NCBI GenBank assembly: GCA_964270895.1
Contig: OZ185437.1
Reading direction: 5' to 3' (one strand)
Origin: Podarcis filfolensis
Taxonomy: Eukaryota
DNA length: 64,000 nucleotides
The notes under the pieces are model-generated. The model was not told the origin of the DNA. It made no database searches and saw only the letters and a program-made list of their open reading frames with translations. This document shows positions 59,193 through 64,000 of this stretch, in pieces (position 1 is the stretch's first letter; the number at the start of each line of letters is the position of its first letter). Made by a program: the position numbers and the translations under genes.

Positions 59193-61048
59193 CGTGTGGT
59201 TTGAGAAATAAGCTCATTCAATCATTAAAAGCTGCTGCGGGCCCTAAGTATCCACCCACAGGGGAGGCTGTATATGCATCTATGGGTGGATTACTATTCT
59301 GGCCTTGCTTCCTTTTAATCAGTTTCTGCTTGAGACGGGCAGTTTTGCTGTGTCTCTGCACTGGGTGTGATTGATTTAATCAGTCCTGAGCCACCCATGT
59401 GCAGTGTTTACCTGCCCTCAGAGGAAGCTGCCTATAGGATCCTGGTATGAGTTGCTGCTCTGAGATGGCCTCCTGCTAATTAGGACACACACACCAGTGA
59501 CCTACAGAAACACAGGGGTTGAATACCAGCTGTTTTATGGTATCATGCAAAATGGGATGTTTCCCCCCCCCCTCTGTGTGTGTGTGCTTTGGCAATTTCA
59601 TTGCAGATTATAGTTTTGTTTTTTGTTTGCTTGTTTATTGACTAAAGATGCTTCAGTTTAACACAGTAATCTCAGCAGTGAACATAGCACATGCATAAAA
59701 TGGCAGAAAAATACTTAGCAAACATCTGGATTGTGATGCACAATAAACAATGGTTGAGCTAGACACCAGAAAGGCCCTGTGTAACCAAAAGAGAGCCCTT
59801 AAGCAGCCCTCTGAATTAAAATATTGAATGGCGCTTGCCATTCTTGCGAAACAAGAAGTTTTACAACCTAGGTGCAGCCGCAGTAAATGCTTTCTGGCAG
59901 AAGCAAGGTAAACATCATATGGCACCTTTAACAGCACCTCTCTGGTTGAATGTTAGGACTGTATATATGGGGCAAGTAAACTGACTTTATATACAAAGAC
60001 CTTGAATCTGGCCTGGTAGTGCAGATCCTTAAGCAGGGTTTAAGCTATTGATGGGGTGTTTGTTTCTTTTAAAATACAAAGCCCAATAACTAGAAATGAG
60101 AAAGAAAATAATTTTACAAACAAATCTTTCTAGATTGTGATGTGGAAGAACAAAAAAGCATCAATCACAAATGCATCTTGTGCATCCCTGCCGGAGTGAG
60201 TAATTTGGGGAATGCATTTTCTTCTTGCTGCTGCCAGACTCACTCTCAAGCTCATTAATTTAGCTTCAGATAATGGCAGCAATATAAAGCACTTTTTCTA
60301 TCAGCAGGTTCTATACAAAGAGGGAAAAAGGTAAATGATAAAAGACCCAGTTCTGTTTTCTGCGCTACAATAGAAGAGTGCAGTCCAATTTCCATCTCTT
60401 CAGACCACTGTTCATTGTGGAAAGGAAGTAGCGAGCCAGCCTTATCATTAGGCAGAGTTAGGCAGCCATCTTAGGCACTGAATGTTCCAGGGTGAGAGCA
60501 GCTGCTGCAGACCTCTCCCCAAGCTATTCTGCTTTGATAGTCTTTATAATGCAGTTGTAAAAATAAATTAAATAAATACTAAACTCCCAGGACGCACACT
60601 CCAGCAAGCATCGTATATGTATCTGCATTGCTTCTCTCCCATGATGCATGCCTTGAGCTGGCACCGGCATTGCTGCAGTGCAGCATTGCACCAAGTAGTG
60701 AGTAAGCACTGTCTGGAGCAGGGACCAAGCAGCAAACAGCATCAAATTATAGTGATATTAGCTCTATGGTACAAGCTGTCTTTTTGCAGAGGAACATTGG
60801 CCTTGGTTGTTAGCATCCATTTGAAAGAGACAGAGAGAGCACAAAAAGTGTGAATCATAGCAAGATTGAAACCAGAGCCAAGAGGGAATGCTGGTAATGA
60901 AGGGGAATGCAGCTCAGTGGTAGAGCTCATACATTGTATGCAGAAGGTCTCAGATTCAATCTCCAGTCAAAGGGATTGCACCAAGGAGAGCTGCTGCCAG
61001 TCTGGGGCCTTATACATTTTTTGGACTCTCATCTTTCCCAGCTTGGCC

Positions 61049-61524
61049 TCATGACCTCTGGATCAAGCAGCAGTCTGGGTATGGAGTTGGGATTGCAGGG
61101 GCACCAGGCTTATTTCAAGGCTCTATGGTGATGTTTGGAGATCAGGAGACCACTGCACCTGAGGCTGGTAGACAGGAGACCCCAGAAGGACCTCCAGCAC
61201 CCCCAGGGCCTGTAGGACCAGAGCCAGAACCCTCACTTGCATGAGGAACCCAGTGCCTCCCACTCTACCTCACCGGTCCAGCAGTGCAGGGCATGCACCA
61301 GCCACAAGGTTAGGAAATGTAAGATAAATCCATCTTCAGGCCAGAGGGTTGACCCTTTAAGAATCATCCTTTTTCCACAAGGGGTTAGAGGTAGAGCCTA
61401 GAAGAAGTCATATGGAGGCAGAGGCTTAAAAACCTGTCTTTGTTGTTGCAGGTTACGTACCTGGAGCTATCTGTGGTTCTCCTTGCCGTTCCTGTGGAAT
61501 CCCACATCAGACCAGAACGTGACA
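61049..61524 (+). mobile_element. Decayed LTR of the same Pro/Glu-rich type, boundaries approximate
   Basis: Ends in GTGACA; interior reads GDQETTAPEAGRQETPEGPPAPPGPVGPEPEPSLA; TTTAA TATA-like element downstream; no TSD confirmed. Confidence 0.4.
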
Positions 61525-63525
61525 TCTCCAATGGCTGTGCTAACTGGGGCTGATGGGAATTGTAGTCCAAAATACCTTGAGGACACTAAGTTAGGGAAGG
61601 CTAGAGCTGCCAATATGGGGCTGAACAAACTGAAGTAGCTTCATCTGACCAAACGTTTAGGAAGATCCTAGGAGAGCTAGCCCATGGCGTGCTGGTCAAG
61701 CTGGAACATGAATGGATGAGGCTATTTGAAATGGATTGGGCAATGAAGCTGGGAAACAGCAGGCAGGAGACAAGAGAAAGAGACAAGACTGTGAAGAAGG
61801 GCAGCAGGCCAGCCTTGAATAGTGCCAAGGCTCAGTCCCAGCATTTGTTTTCATTGCCAAGGCTCAAATCCCTGGAATTGATGAGCTGATGAAAGTGCCT
61901 CTGAATAATAGAGCAAAGTGCATATTCCTCACCCCCGAGTTAACTACACAGAGTCTTCATGTATCAAGGACTACCTACATAAGGGCTTTCCCAAGGCTTA
62001 CTGGAGACCCACATCTTTTTCAAGAAAGCAAGCATGGAAGTCAGGCAGGAAGAAGAGACTTGCAACAGTGCAGACAAGGCAGGAAGGTGCCGCTTAAAGA
62101 AAAATCCAGGCAGGGAAACATTTAAAGGAGTTTATCACCAACCTCCATTTTCTTGTCAAAGCAATCCTCTGCCAAAAGCAGTTACTGTATATGTTACTGT
62201 CTTATCATGAAATAATTTAAAAGCCTGTTATCTACTACTCTTCTCAGGGTGGTTCAGTGAGTCTGTTTAGTCAATAATGCGACACATCCTCTCTCATTTT
62301 CCCTTGGGCTAGGAAATTAGATGAGGGGAAGAAATCAATGCATGCAGACAACGCAGTAATTTTACCTCATGTTCTCTGCGGTTGCCCTTCTGATACCTTG
62401 GCCTGTAGTGGTGCTTTCACTTATGTAAATTTCTCTATGAAGGCTGAATGGTAATTCAAGACACTAAAGCTCTATTAGGCTTCAGAATTAATCCAATGAC
62501 TCAGCTTTTATATGGCTAACTAAAACTGGAAATAATGGAGGAAAATACTGGAGGAAAATAGTTTTTTAAAAAACACAAACACCAGTGGGCAAGCACTTTG
62601 GATTACTGCACTGTATTTTGCTTGTATATTACACAACAGCAGCGTGCTGTCTCTTGCATTACATCAGTTTGCTTCTCCTGGGGTTAATTGAGTTTGTCTC
62701 CTATCTAAAGAGAACAGTCTAGACCAAAAGACAAATAAATATAACAGACATCCCATGCACATCACTGAATTGTACCTCCCAGAAAAGAGAGTATCTGGCT
62801 TTTAAACTATCAGTATTAAGCTGACTATAATTTATTTTCTATAAATTATAAGGTTTATGATTACACAACCCTTCTGTGCCCCCAACACTCATTTTTTCAC
62901 ACATTAAGAAATGCTTGATTTCTCAGAACTTCTGAAAAGTCTCCAGTTTGCAGCTGATGTGATAAACCATGAATGATCTTTATCATTCTTTTAATTTTGT
63001 TTTATGATTGACCTTATCTTACAGATTTTTATGTACTCTTGTTCAGCTCTTACATGTTTCAGACAAGAACAACTCGTCACATGACAAAATATGGCACGTG
63101 GAAGGACTTAAAGTAGTCTCCAAATGGAGCTTGTGAACTACAATTCAGCCACAGAATATTTGCTTATATTTTGTTTGCTTATAGATAACATAGTTTAGGT
63201 GATGAGTTACATGTTTGCAGGAATATGGGGATCCCCCACACACCATATATTATTGTAAGCAACTCTGAGTGTCCTTGACAGATAGATGGTTAGGATATAA
63301 GATTCAAAATGCTTGATCAAGTGTGAGATAGGATATTAATACTTTCTTTAATAAACCCAACATACTAGTTACCAAAGTGTATGAGGGCTGACACTGACTG
63401 ATGTCTGTACTCTAACTAGTGAACCACTGAGGATCCTATCACAACTTTGAGATCAGATGAAAATGGCTCAAGGTAGTTCTTGCTTTGAAAGGGTATCTGT
63501 GAAAAATGATGATTGGCTGGTCCTT

Positions 63526-63691
63526 GGCTACATAGACACCATATATTTAAAATACATTCTCCCCCTCACCCTGAAGAATCCTGGTTGCTGTGGTTTGTTA
63601 AGAGTCTTGGGAATTGTAGCTCTGGGGAAAACTACAGTTCCCAGGATTCTTGGCAGAGGTGTGTGCTTTAAATGTATGGTGTGTATGCACC
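63526..63691. mobile_element. PIF/Harbinger-like MITE; a partial relative at about 46235-46345
   Basis: About 25-bp imperfect TIRs GGCTACATAGACACCATATATTTAAA / TTTAAATGTATGGTGTGTATGCACC; internal palindrome AGAATCCTGG..CCAGGATTCT. Confidence 0.6.
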
Positions 63692-64000
63692 TTTTTTAAA
63701 AAATATAATCATGAAGTATCTCCTCCCGCACCTTCCTGTCAGACTGCTGTACACTCAGCACATACAATTTTCACATGGAGAGTTTGCCCACACCTTGGCC
63801 AAATTTCAAGTCCCTCTTCAACATGTATTAGAACATATGAGCAAAGCAAATGGAAGAATGTAAACATGACCAAAACCATATTTTCCTTGCCACTCCTCCA
63901 CCCTCTCTGCTCTTAAATTCTCCTTCTGGTATTTTCCACAGGCAGCCTCGGGGATAGCATTTTACCATGGGAAATTAATTCGTTGTCATTCTCTGGGATT

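Noticed and set aside
30400-64000. KIAA0408/SOGA3 exons expected from human synteny
   Set aside because: No ORF or exon resembling them (e.g. the RPARPANRRLPSRW C-terminus) was found; they probably lie beyond the window.

Overview
Vertebrate genomic DNA from a squamate, most likely a lacertid lizard (inferred from Sauria SINEs, Bov-B and the lizard-type CR1/L2/L1/Penelope/MITE repertoire). It contains two genes. (1) The 3' end of RNF146 (+ strand, CDS ends at 323, polyA signal at 998). (2) A complete, intact ECHDC1 (ethylmalonyl-CoA decarboxylase, - strand): five coding exons of 220+143+53+81+406 nt = 903 nt, i.e. 300 aa plus stop, all introns GT-AG, with a probable non-coding exon 1 in a CpG island at about 29.3-30.0 kb. 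The genes are tail-to-tail, as I recall for the human RNF146-ECHDC1 locus. I found no recognisable exon in 30-64 kb. That region is TE-rich and holds at least four solo LTRs with perfect 5-bp TSDs. The most interesting observations are: (a) two unrelated solo LTRs, plus a decayed third, whose U3 is one open frame starting at LTR nucleotide 2 and encoding an acidic/Pro-rich then Arg-rich peptide, a candidate LTR-encoded accessory protein; (b) a Penelope-derived hammerhead ribozyme core in sense orientation about 140 nt upstream of the first coding exon of ECHDC1; (c) SINEs with different tRNA heads (Ile, Asn) on the same CR1 tail; (d) a highly structured LTR-like unit, possibly Ngaro/DIRS type. 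All family assignments come from recalled consensus sequences and motifs; no database search was run.
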